The translations under genes were made by a program, and so were the position numbers. The notes beneath the pieces are model-generated. The model saw nothing but the letters and a program-made list of their open reading frames with translations. It was not told the DNA's origin and searched no databases. DNA of 51,082 nucleotides from Catajapyx aquilonaris (lineage: Eukaryota). Positions 23,516 through 36,100 of the stretch are shown here, piece by piece. The first letter of the stretch is position 1. The number at the start of each line of letters is the position of its first letter. The stretch covers positions 124,001 through 175,082 of the forward strand of contig JYFJ02000123.1 of the NCBI GenBank assembly GCA_000934665.2. Direction: 5' to 3'.

Positions 23516-26500
23516 GGGTGGGTGGGCATTGGATGAGAGAGATTTTTGTTTTAGTTTGGTTGGGAGACAAAAACATGAGATGAGGACAAGAAGATGAAGA
23601 AAAACCGTACACACATGAGTATTTCCCCTACACCTCTTGGAGTTCGTGTGTCAGTGAAAAGAGGAATTTTTTTCGCTGTTTAATTGGTGCACAGGATGCG
23701 AGTTTTTTTTTGTCTGTGCCGTTGAGTGATTTGCATGTGAGGGAAAGTACACTCGAGACTGGTCCTTTAGCCTCTCACTGCCACCGGCACCCGGTTTTAA
23801 TATCACATGTAGGTATCCCGCTTCCACCCAGGCATTTTTTTTTAACCAAAGAAGCTTCCAACAATGAGCAATTGGATGCGTTTCTCACCCCACCTGTTTG
23901 GCCCACCCCTGCACAAAAACTGCACCAGAAACAGCCAAATAGTCGCAGGCGAAACTCCGAGACGAATCAGGGTCTGACATTTACTTTCTTCAGTTCTTTT
24001 AAGCATTCCCCCTGCTGCTTCACACAAATGCTTTTATTTCATTCTCCCTCTTCCTAGTGAGAAACCACAGGCTTCCCAGACTTCCCAGCAATGATACATG
24101 GATGCCTAGGAAGCCTGAAATTGTTGTACAGTTTTTAGGGAGTACCTGATCCTCACTATTTCCAAACTTCAAAAAAAAAAAAACTCACAAAAATTTGATC
24201 AATTAATGGCAGCTGTTAAATATGAAACAGTGGTGTAAAAAAAAAAAATGCGGTTGTCCAGTTGATATGTTTTCACCACTTCTTTTCTACATGAAAACTC
24301 ATCCTGTTCCTGTCCAGCTTTCACTTGCAAGTGTTTTTGCAACCTTTAATCCTGTACCCTGCATCTTTGCCCATTTTTGCACGAGCCCTGTGTTACGGTT
24401 ATTGCCGCTCGTTTGTTCTGTTTTAAAGGAAAGTATGTTGCCTTTTGAAATCCCGCTGCATGCGAGCTGTTTGCGACCAATGCTTGTTTGTGATACTGAT
24501 TAAAAAATAATAATAGAGAGAGAAGAAGAAAACATACCTGCATGCGCTTTGGAAAGAAATGTTTATTTTTTTCACTCAAACATGTTGAAGATTTGCTCCT
24601 CCCCAAGAAACGCTGCGAAAAGTTTAGGCTGACATTTAGGTGTAGTCTTCCAGCTTGAGAAGTCACGAAGCCTGAGAATTATGCCAATAATTCAAGTCAA
24701 TCCAGAGCATCAACAATAGCAAGACTTTAAAAAATATTAGTACTTCCATAGATGGTGCCAATTTGTTCACAACAAGCTTCCTGCGTTTAATGGAGTTTTG
24801 AAACAGCTTGTACGAAAATTGAGTTGTTAAAAGAATGATGGTTTTTGGGGGAAAGAGCCATGAGAATCTGTTGTTAACTGTTGTTATTTTTAACATAGTT
24901 GATCAGGAGGTGATGAGCTTCTTTCTTACCTTTTCTTGCCACCTGCAACTCGAGAAGCGGGTTAAAAAAAAGCGAATTTTTGCAAATTAGTGATTGTTGA
25001 CAAGGTTTTAAAAAGCACTCCATCCAATTTTTGCACACCGTTTATCGTCGGTCGCTTCGTTTCTAATCGCCAGCTAGTTTTAACACACTAAAGGGAAAAA
25101 AGTTAATACTAAGACCGTGTAAGTTGTAGGCTAACTCTTTTCGGGATTCATTAGTTGGGTTAGAAGATTTACAAATAAAAAGGTTTAAAAACTTGTAGGT
25201 CGGTGATTGCACACCTTTTCATAAAGAGTGGAAAAGAAATCTTTCTGCTTGAGCATCCAAGTTATATTCAATAATTAAAGCGCCATTAGAGTCTATCCTG
25301 CCAACATAATTAAAAAGCGGTACGAAAAACCAGAAATATCCAAAGCACCAATCACCTTATATGGTACTGTTCCTGGGAAGGGAGCTCGACACACGACCCA
25401 TGACCCGTAAGAGAAGGCCGCTTTTCATGGCAAGAAACAAAATAGACCCAAGGAAACAAGACACAATAATGTCCACATTAGCAAGGTCAAAATAGCCTAC
25501 TATTTTGCTGCCATGTCATCCTCTATTCCTGCCGCGCCTGTCTTTATTTTGGTGTTTATTTGTGTGTTTATTTGTTTCCGCCCGAGAGAGGTCAGGGTAG
25601 GGTTTAAGAGTGGGATTATTAGGGAGGCTGCTGAGGTCGAAATATCCATTGTGTATGCATGTGCAAGCATTTATGTATATGTATTGCTGTGTCTGTTTCC
25701 GCCCCTCCTCCCCTTTCAATCTCCCTCCCTGACAAAAGTCATCCAACGCAGCTGAGAGTCTCGTCTACCTCAGTAGCTTCCAAGTTGCCAAAAAAAGAAG
25801 TATTAATGGTGGATATGGGAAGCAATAATTTTTGTGGACTGGAGTCCGTTTGACTGCTTGTTATTTTCTACAGTAATTATTCCTGGGGTTTAGGTCACGG
25901 CATAGTTGCTTGCTTATGGAGGAATGCGTGAAAGCTATGCATTGAGGTTTGGTTATTGGCCTTTTCCGCCTAAGTCAGGTTTTTGCAAACGAAAGTAAAA
26001 AAGAGCACTGCAGCTATTAATCTGAGACTTGATGTGCAGCCCTCCACTTAAAAGTGTAGCCTGGTAAAGAAGAAAAAAAAAATAATAATTGGTCACTGTA
26101 ATTCTTTAGGTGTAGGTGAAGAGAAAGTTCTGTCAAACTGCTGCCAGTTTCTATCAATCACATACAGTAGCGAGAGAGAATAACTTCGGAAAAGAAGTCC
26201 TTTAGGAGGATGAAAAAAATAAAAAAATAACAGATTCATACAGCTCCACTAGACTAGATGTCTACGTCTCTTCTCAAGAATGCAAATCTCAGCCTTCTCA
26301 TATTTTTTTAAGTACAATCTGCATTCATGTCTTGGTGCTCACGTCCCATCCAATTCTATCTCCAATGTTTTCTCAAATGTTACGAAGAAGAAGAAGAGAA
26401 GCAAATTGTTAGGCCTCGCCTTCTGATACCCCTCCAAACCGCTGTCGCCTGCTATTGGTTCCTTCCAGCCTCTTAAACAACATTACCTTGACATGTTACC

Positions 26501-29500
26501 TGCAATATCTCAGTTCAGAAAAATAATACATATATTGAAATGCTTATTCTGAGCTATCAATTCAAAAAGATGCCAAAGAGTTGAAGAAAAAAAAGCAAAA
26601 CAATAATTTCCTAGGCGACGGGCATTATCGTGGCCAACTTGTTAGAAGCAACTGTTTCAATTGCTGAGAAAATATTGTACAGTAAGTGTAAGTTTGTTCT
26701 CGAGTGTAGTGGAAGCAAAATCAGTGCTGTCTTTGTAATGAAGTCATGCTACCCTTGCTTGACCTACCCACACCCCCTCCCTTCCTGCCCTTCCCCTTGT
26801 TCATGCCACCTCTACCATCCTAACCTGTTATTTTTTATCATTCCTATATTCATCTTCATGTTGCATAGGAAAAGGGATTTTATTCTCCAGTTTTCTTCAC
26901 TACAGTCAGTGGTGGATGTATAAAACTAGTGTTAAGACATTTTTTGCGAGGGTCAGTGGGCTTTATAAGCTCCACTCGACTTGTGAAACATGTAACATCA
27001 ACATAAACTGTTGTGCTGATGGAAGACAATATTCCACACTTAATCAACATGAATACTGCGACTAAAAAATATGGAGAGGACTTGATATCATTATAATAAT
27101 AATAATCATAATGCAGGGGTGGAAGAGATGCAGGTGAACAAAATAACTGTTTTTCTTGCTGGGAAAAAAAACATGTGTGTTGTACGGGGGGCATTTTTGG
27201 TGCTATTTACTTGCCGTGTTTTGTCCAACCGGAGAAGCAAGTGGCACTAGGGGCAGTTGCAAAAAATAATAATTCTAATTAATGTGTTGTGCTGCAAGAC
27301 AGTGCTTCCAGCAACCGCAAGTGTCCCCCAGAGACCTGCCGTTTGGAAGAGCAACATGACATGAAGAGAGTGAGACAGTGCCACTTGAAAAAAAAGGACG
27401 CTTCCACTAAAACTTGAGCCAAAGAAACGTTGGGAAGGGTTCAGGTGATTACGCCAACGTCAAACGTTTGTGTTTTTCTTAAAACAAGAATGGTGCGAGC
27501 CTTGGTTGTTGTTTTTTCCAATGATTCCTTTCTTGTTTAATTTGTCGTGTTGTTATTGATTTCTTTCCCTATTTGAGTGGAGTGCTGTGCATTCCATTTT
27601 TGTTGTTTTATGTTTTCAAGTTGTGATGATGACTGCATAGAAATCCCCGGATATTCCATTTTGACTCCAGAAGCAATCAGTATTAGTATACCAAAAATGA
27701 GGAAGAAGAAAATTTTTGGGTGTTAAAACTGGGTCATTGTTCCTGCACAGAACTCTTCCACTTGCATCGAAGCGCTTCGTTTCTGGCATGTTAAGTTGGA
27801 TTTGTTTTCTCCTGTCAAATTTGTGATTACGAGGGTCCTCCAATATCAATGTCCCATGACGAAAGAAATACACGCCCACGTCATTCTTAGCATTTTTTAT
27901 TCATTTGTTTTGGGGGGAGAAACTACCAAAACCGAAATCCATTATTGGAAACTGACCGCTTTACACTAAGCGAAGATTGTCACAAAGCATATCAGTTTAC
28001 AAGCCAAGTGTAAGGTTCTCTACTCTCTCTTTTTTTTTTAGTTCATTTTATCCAATCAAAACAGCTGACAAATTGGAGTACGTGATAATTTTTTTTGGGG
28101 GGGGGGTCTTGGTACAATAATGCAGCCATAATAAAAAGCGAATGAGGAGACAACATATTTATTGCCATGTACCTTTCCAGGATTGGGAAAAAGTGGTAGG
28201 GAAAGAAATATCAAGCAGAAACAGGTAGAAGGGGAAGAAGGGGGGGAAAAAAAAAGAGTATTGGGGAATGCAGGGGATTGCTCTCATACACCTCTACCAT
28301 CCCTTGGCCCACAAGCTGGATGTTTATTTCATGGGCTTCGGAGGAGGCTGGAAGAGAGGGGAGGTTAGCAGATGCGCGCCTCGCAAATCTCTCGAGGGAA
28401 AAAATTGGGGAGGGGAAAGGAATGGCCCAACCTAACTGGGAAGCATGTGACGTCACGTAGGTTCGTTGCCCCCCCCCCCCTCCCTCCCTCCAAATGTGTA
28501 CTGTTATTTTTTTAAAGCTAAGCCACGTGAAAAATAAACCTACTGTGTGCATGACTGGGCGGAGTTAACCATGGTTAAAAATGCAGGGGGTTTGAAAAAG
28601 AGATGCAATTTCTGTTCTTAGAGTGTTGGTGGTTGTACACATTTGTACGTACATTTTGAAGCATCCTGCACTTGAGTACCCAGATGCGTTAGCGGTGTTG
28701 ATACTAGGTTGATAAAATATTCAAAACAGCCCATAATTTACACCGGCGGTGCTGCATGGCAATTAATTTTGAAAGTCAGTTCCCGCACCAAAGTTAAGCC
28801 TAACTTCCAGAGCTACAGACCACAGTGTATTTATCACTTAGAAGCGCGCACAAAAAAAAAAAAGAGGATGTTTTTGAAAACATGCCCGAAAGTGGCCCAT
28901 ACATTCCAGAGTCTAGGCGCAAAACCAAATCCATGTTATACAGTACGTTACTTCGTTTCGGCTTCTTTTAAGCGCATGAATGGGGAACGAGGATCACCTC
29001 GGCTCACTTGGGTAAAAATTTATGCCCAAAGACGGACAGTGCAACTGCAGCCATAAATATATAATCAGCTCTGGGGTCATCATTAAGGACGTCACGTTGC
29101 CGAAACAGCATCGGATTTCGCACAATCAATTTTTATAAGGCAATAGAAAGTGGGGAGTAAAAGTGGGGGGGCCAATTTGCGAAATTGGGGGAGGAGGAGG
29201 AGGGTAAGGTTTGGAGGTTCTCCTTCAATGTCACGAGGAATGATAATCGCTTCCGGGAGCCATTGGGCTTGGGGGGATCCAACGCCCTCCACTTGGATTC
29301 GTTAAAGGTGAGAAGGATTGGGTGGGTGGAATGGGAGAGGGTTTCTCTCATTGCTTTGACCCGCAAAATCCTCTAACCATCGATCCCACATTCCGCTTCC
29401 CTTAAAACATACGTGGAGCTTTAAAAGCCAGGAGAGGAAAAAGAGGTGTATCCTGGATTGTAGGCAACCCACATGTCAGTTAAATGCATGTCTACAGCTG

Positions 29501-30071
29501 GCTCATTATGGGACTGATCTTTACTACACGACGAAGTTGCAGGGGTCGGGGTGGAGACTGGGAGCAGTTCAGAGAGGGTGTCCGAATGGGTGGATGTTTA
29601 TGGCCCTGCCAGTGAAAGGTTTGTCCATTAGCCGACCATGTCCGTTCCACGGAATTCCCATTTCCACCGTTCCGAGCGCCAGGGCGCCACCTGCTGGGTG
29701 GCGACTCGCTTCTGCACTTCACCATCGGATGTCGCTTCGATGCTTAATTTTTTGGCAAGTTGGTGCCTAGCTTGAGTTAAATGCGGAGCTGGGTGCTTAT
29801 TGTGGGTTATGTAACCGCAAGGATTACTGCACTCTTTGGCGCCGCAGGCTAACGAACGTTATTGTGACCATAGACCTTAGCTCTAAGGTCTATGATTGTG
29901 ACTTTGCCATTGGGAGATGCATTCGGGTGCGCTTTCTGAACTTCCCTGCACCTACACCCCGACTCCTGCCATTTCGTCGCATAGTAAAGATTTGGTATAG
30001 TTGGTATAGGTCAAGAGAGTCCTGGATTATTACACTTGTTTCTATAGGATAACATAGGCAGTAATGGAGCA

Positions 30072-31673
30072 TCACACCTGTACAGGTCTTTGTTCAGGGA
30101 GTGGGCTCTTTTCCTTGTTCTTTGTGGAGCCCATCTTGAAGAGGAGGTCATCCCAGCAGCGGGTGAGTCTTCCTCGGAAGGTGCTTCGTGCCTGGGCCTC
30201 GATGTCCTCCAGGGAGAGCGCTGCAGGTGAGAGAAACAACGCGCTTTACGACTTTCGTTTGGGGATAGAGAAGGGGGGGAAGGTGCATCGATTTTTGCGC
30301 TAACCGAAATGTATCTCGCTTCCTTTTCGGTAGGTCGGTGTTGGGCAGGAGCTTCCGGTTCCGACTGACAATACTTCGGATTGGGCCAGACTCTCAGTGT
30401 CAGACTTGAATTCAGCTCGGATTCGGTCCAGAGCTGGGTCGAGGGAGGGGGAAAAAAATGCAAGAAACAAAAGAAATGTCAGAAGACAAAAGAGCATGGC
30501 AGAGTGAGAGAGAGAGAGAAAAAAACAGTTTGCTGTAAAATGTGGATGGGTCAATAACAAAGAGGCAGGAGAAGTCTTGACCTTTTCACTTTAAAAATTA
30601 TGATTATTATTTTTATGACACAGGATGGCGGAATATTCAAGCACCAGTTCAAGAGGGGCGATTCTGCATTGTTTACTTAGTACTCAATTTAATTACAAAA
30701 CAACTGGTTGGTGGAGTAAACAACCCATAACATCTTGCCTCCTTCCTGCTTGAACTGATGGGTACTTGGGCAATGCACTATCCTGTGCATAGTATTAGAC
30801 ATGGCCTTCCCTACCTCCCTATGTGTGGTCGGATTAAAACTTTCCAGGGTGTGCTGTAGTTCATGATAAATAGCCAATTACCTCGGTAATGAGGCTATGG
30901 AGACCATGTCACACCACCTACATAGTGATCCACAGGAAAGTCCACATTAAGTTTATGTAGGTGTTACTACAGAACACCCTGTATTTTGTATTTAAACACA
31001 TGAATATTAATATTTCCTTATTTTTTAGTACTGCAATTGACTAATTGGTGGTGTCGTGCATTTACAGAAGAGTATGCACGGTACATTTCCGTTCATTATA
31101 TTTTTCTCTCTGGCAGTCTTGTGTTATTTTCCCTGCATTACGCCTATCATTTTGAATTCAGCCATCAGTTTTTGCTGAACCTTTTTACGTATATAGGTTA
31201 CCTCGTTTGAAATCCATTTCGTCCAGCTCGGCGTTGTGCAACATCCGAAGTTGCTTGCGGAACTTCCGCGTAAGTTTCTTGCGCACATAGTCCGCTTCGA
31301 TTTCTTGCTTGGTGCGTGGGATTCGGAACCGGCAGCAGCAACACAGGAAAATCACTAGTCAAGCAGATAAGAAGAAGAGTTTCTCTCTCTGGGCACACAC
31401 TCGAGATAATTACATGCGGGGATGCTTCAGATTAGTATTGTATGACTTGATGAATCACTATTTATCTAGTGTGTCATATGCGATGTTCCTGGAACTATCA
31501 ATGTGTGATTCTAGGAACTTACCTAAAACTAGAAGTCCGGCACCGACCAGGAACAATATCTGCCACATGACAAATCCAGCAATGACAGGTTGTTCCAGCC
31601 ATTCTGGACCATCGACCAACACTGCATCGGTGGGTCTGATACATTCCAGCTGTGGATTAGAAGTGTTCATCAT
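30072..31673 (-). CDS. TMIE: TMIE (transmembrane inner ear)-like protein, 193 aa; exons 31673-31523, 31354-31202, 30433-30305, 30220-30072
   Basis: Spliced sequence WQILFLVGAGLLVLVIFLCCCCRFRIPRTKQEIEADYVRKKL matches the TMIE core (W...TM helix...CC..CRVPRTRKEIEARY.QRK). Three phase-1 GT-AG introns give one continuous frame. Confidence 0.88.
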
Positions 31674-32286
31674 GCACCACAACCCGCAGACTGCTTGCTT
31701 TTTTTACCCCCACCCTCTTTTAGTCCACCCCCCACCTTTGCATGCAAGCAGACCCAACAAGCTATTACAGAAAAAGCAAACCCAGCACTCTGGTGGGTCC
31801 AATCATGAAGATAACCCAGTGGTGGTAAATAAAAGTGACATGCAAACTCGTACCTCTGAGGAAGATTCACACAGATCCATCATTTTTCACCACAAAGATG
31901 GACTAAAATTTTGACAAATGCAGTGAGAGTTGTGGGTGGTCCTCGAGATTTGGCCCTCGGGTGACTTTTTAGAGGATTTCTTGGGAACTGTATTTCGGGG
32001 TGTAGTCGAGGCTGCCTTTTTTCCCAGTGTTGGTGTGGGCAACGCCCAATGCTGTTTGGCTTATTAAAGCGGGCTCGGGATTGGTCACGCACACCACTTT
32101 TGGACTGCTTGTCTCTAATCACTCTTCTGCACGAAATCTCGTCGCCTCGTCTGCCCTCTCCAGAGACTAGATGATACGTGTCTGTATGCACTCATATTTT
32201 TCCCCATGATTCTGCAGCTGGCATTTAAACACAGGGCAAAAGGCGTCCAATGCTTTCGTCTATTTTAAGCGATCTAAATTACTTTA

Positions 32287-32393
32287 GTGGAATTTTCGTC
32301 CCACTGCTAGTTACTGCTAACTTAGCAGTACCATTGCCAACACTGGTACAGATAAGTTAGCAGTAACTAGCAGTGAGACGAAAATTCCGCCCA
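32287..32393. mobile_element. Palindromic MITE-like hairpin (family A, second full copy)
   Basis: GTGGAATTTTCGTCCCACTGCTAGTTACTGCTAACTTAGCAGTACCA ... TAAGTTAGCAGTAACTAGCAGTGAGACGAAAATTCCGC; clearly homologous to 13589-13705. Confidence 0.8.
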
Positions 32394-32441
32394 TTGGTTT
32401 GTAATGTCCATCTATACTAGCAAGAGCTGATACTAGACATT

Positions 32442-32895
32442 GAATTTTCGTCCCACTGCTAACTACTGCTCACTTAGCAGTATACTGTGGCACCAAAGAT
32501 ATCTGCTATATATAACTTCTAGATACATAACTGCTCAGAAAAAGTGAAGCCAGTTTGTGCTAGGGGTTTGTGCCAGTCGCCCAAAGCAAATATGGCGGAT
32601 TTGGGTGACTTGGATCGATCTGCCGTGGTGGCCTGTACGTAGTTGGGTATCTTCAAGGGATGCCCCGCGCCCCTGGAAACGTCCCACTGCGGTCCGGCCC
32701 ATCAGCACAGGGGCCGCCCCTAAGGCCGCTTCTGCTGCCCCGCACAAATAAGTAACGATGACGCCATCTTTACTTTGGGCGTGATTGGCATCACTTTTGC
32801 TTGTATGGAAAGGGATAGCGAGTCATGCATCTAGAAGTAGTGGCACTAGCACTGCTAAGTTAGCAGTAACTAGCAGTGGGACGAAAATTCGACCC
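32442..32895. mobile_element. Family A arms in inverted orientation flanking about 365 bp of internal sequence
   Basis: GAATTTTCGTCCCACTGCTAACTACTGCTCACTTAGCAGT near 32442 and ACTGCTAAGTTAGCAGTAACTAGCAGTGGGACGAAAATTC near 32851-32890. Confidence 0.65.
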
Positions 32896-33127
32896 TTTGC
32901 TTTCAGGTGTTTTTTCGGGTTTTTTACTTCTGCGCTGCGCAGCAGTGTCTGTTGAATGTGGCGCGCATCACTAGGACGACCGTATCGGACAAAATCGCTA
33001 TCAGTACATCCGGTTGCATGCCTGCCAGTGCCAGCCAGCCAGCCCAGCAGAGCCTTGCACCATTTCTGGCAATAGAAGAAAGTTAGGGACACTCAGCCGG
33101 GACAGGACACGCGACATTTGATCCAGG

Positions 33128-36100
33128 ATGGCAGCAGCACTAGATGAGGTGAGTACAACCAGACTTGGACGCAACACACACGTTACATTCCCATGTGTCC
33201 GCAGGAGCACGAGCTGCCCTTGGACAAGCTGAAGATTGAAGTGACTGTGGATGGGGAGAAGAAGATGGTCAGCGCACTGGTCAGTTTCACATTGGTTCTT
33301 TTTTTTTAAATCATTACATGGCAACTTAGGTGATAATGTGTTGTTTTCAGGCTTCTGGATGGGCACAGGAGAGGGCGTTTGCTGTGTACTTTGCGCCCGC
33401 ACTTTCTGATGATGGATGGGTGTCTGAGGAGAGTCGGGAGGAGTGGCTGGACATGATGGACTTGTGGAAGGAGGACTTGCACTGGCTTCTCAGACTACCG
33501 CATTCCAAGTTGGTTGAGCATAAAGAAATTGGGTTGTTTCAGGTCATTCTTGGTGGCTCCAGTCATGCATGGGGAGAAAGTAATCCAACCTTGTCCAACA
33601 CGTTTTAACCCCTGCCAATGTCGTAGGTGTCAGGGAGTGTACCACTTGCATACCCTGTCACGTTGTTCTACTGTAAAGAAATCATCCCTAATATGTGCCA
33701 TAGGCTGTCCTTTACAGTGCATTACAGTGCTTTACAGTGCGTTACAATGTATATATCTGACATGCATCTTTGGACCATTAGGATTGAACATACAGTAGAA
33801 TCCTGATTATCCCTCGCCGGGACCAGGGCATGGTCGGAACTCGGAACACAAAAAAGGTCGGATAATAATCCAAGGAGTAATGAAAACTTGAATGAAACAC
33901 AACGAAACACATAAAAACACAAAATAATGTATGCAATATTACGTTTTTCTAAGAACTAGTGAAGTGTTTACCTTTTACATGCACACTCTACTGTACTACA
34001 TTTACAATTTAAATAAGGCAATACAAACCAAACCCATTACCATTACCCAATGCATTACAGTATTTCTTGAGAAAACGTAGATTTATTGCCGGAGCAGGAT
34101 GGTCAGATAGACCGAGGAGTCGGATAATCAGGATTCTACTGTAATTTTTGGCAATTCCTTCATCCATAGCAAAATTTGTTCCACTGAACTGCATTGAGTC
34201 GTTGATATTCTGCAGTATTTTCACTATTATGTTGTGTCATTTATTGGCAGGTTCTGGTCACAAATGGTGTATACCATTGCTGTGCATGGAAGCCTAGTAG
34301 AATACCTGCAGCATGCGCCCCGCCCGCACGACCCTGAGCATCATTTGATGGATGACGAAATGCTGCAGGCTTGGAAAGAGGTTCATCCACTTGTGTTTAA
34401 AGTATTCCTTCGTATGGCAACTTACAAAGAGTCTAAGGTGAGGGTGCACACACATTCAATTGCCAGAATTTGCCTACTAAATATTATCAAGTTGTCATAA
34501 AAAGAAAATTATCAAAATAATTGCAACAACAATGATGGTAACAGTAAAGCTTTTTGCTATAGTGAAGAACTTACTTGTTAGTGAACCGAAGCAGTGGTAG
34601 CGGAGGGGATTTGGTATCCGACTGCTAATCGGGAGGTCCTGGGTTCGAACCCCGGAGGCCGGCGATCCTGACCTTGGTTTTCTGTGGTTTTCCAAGGTCG
34701 CTCCAGGAATAATTTCCGGGATCGTACCATAATATAGGCCACAGCCGCTTCCCTCCTTTCCCTGTCCTGGAGGAGATGCAGGTCAGTCGGGGGTTTCTGA
34801 CCCGCATCTAGGGGGCCATCTATGGCGAACGGACCCCCTGAGGGACTGCACACGACCCCCAACTTGAGACATTGCACATGCACCAGTGTCCCTCCCTCCT
34901 ATCCCTACCCTGTCCCTGCACCAGCTACTGTACAATTAAAAAATAATAAAAATAAAAATAAAGGTCCGTGTGATATACCCCCAGTTGGGGGTGAAAGCAC
35001 TACCCCAGTTATTATTATATATATATATATATATAAAAAAACAACTTGTTAGTGGCCTACATTTCCATTGATGCTTGAAAAAAAAAAGAAATGCAAAAGG
35101 GGCGCAGTACTTTGTAGGGCTGCATTCATGTTAACGAACTTATAACCAACTGGACTCTGCTGACCTGTATGAAATTCCTTGGTTGCTACTTCTCTAGCTA
35201 CTTCAGTCCCTGATTATGCACAATCAGTCTTACTCCATCTTCAATTGCTGGAGATGTGCTACTATAATTTCCTCTTTTGTGTTTTCAGAAATGTCACCTA
35301 ACACCTGCTGCCTTTGGGAAGATCATCTACGACCATTTCTTGTTTGACATTCCCAAATTGATGGAATTGTGTGTCCTTAATGGAGAGAGAAACAGGGAAG
35401 TTCTTTACAAGATGATCTCGAACATTTTCACATGTCAGCCTGAATACATGACGGACCTAGACAGTGTTGTTGAAGCCTTAAAAAAAGTTTATGACACAGT
35501 GCTGGAAGAGCTTGGCGTGTCAGACAGGTGCAGTGAACCCCAGATTTTGAACATAACAAGACCACAGAAGGAAGCGTCAGACTACATGGCCTTGGCTTGT
35601 AACATAGTGGACATATCTATGACTGTCAACGCTTTTCTCGATGTGTACAGCCCAGCATGTGGTCCATTTCATTCCAGGGGATTCGAGCTAAAGTAAGGCA
35701 ACCAGTATGATTTCTTAAAACGTAGAAACTGCCCATTAAAAACAACAATTGTGTTGGATTATCACAGTTTATTTGTGTGAAGAGAGATTGTGTGCCTTGG
35801 TGCATGCCAAAAGTTGCACCTTGAAAATCATTTTAGTATCCTAATATTTGTACATTCACTGGGTGTAAAGCCAAATGTCACAGAACCAATGAATAGTTAG
35901 CATTAAAACAATAATACTGCACCAACGAGGACAGAGCTTGTTGAGGTAAGTTGTTAGGGCCTCAAGGTCAGGTTTGCTAGTCGCATGTTAACAATTGTCA
36001 GTTCACTGTGTCGAGGGTCATTATAAACTGGTTTGACTGTAGTTTAATGGAAATTCACATTTGCCTTAGGAGTAGGAGTATTTTTGTTTGGAAGCTGGTT

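Noticed and set aside
31309..31914. 201-aa plus-strand ORF
   Set aside because: GTG start, no motif, and antisense to the TMIE exons.
34584..34660. tRNA gene
   Set aside because: tRNA-like boxes are followed by a SINE body, tail and target-site duplication; no full cloverleaf is evident.
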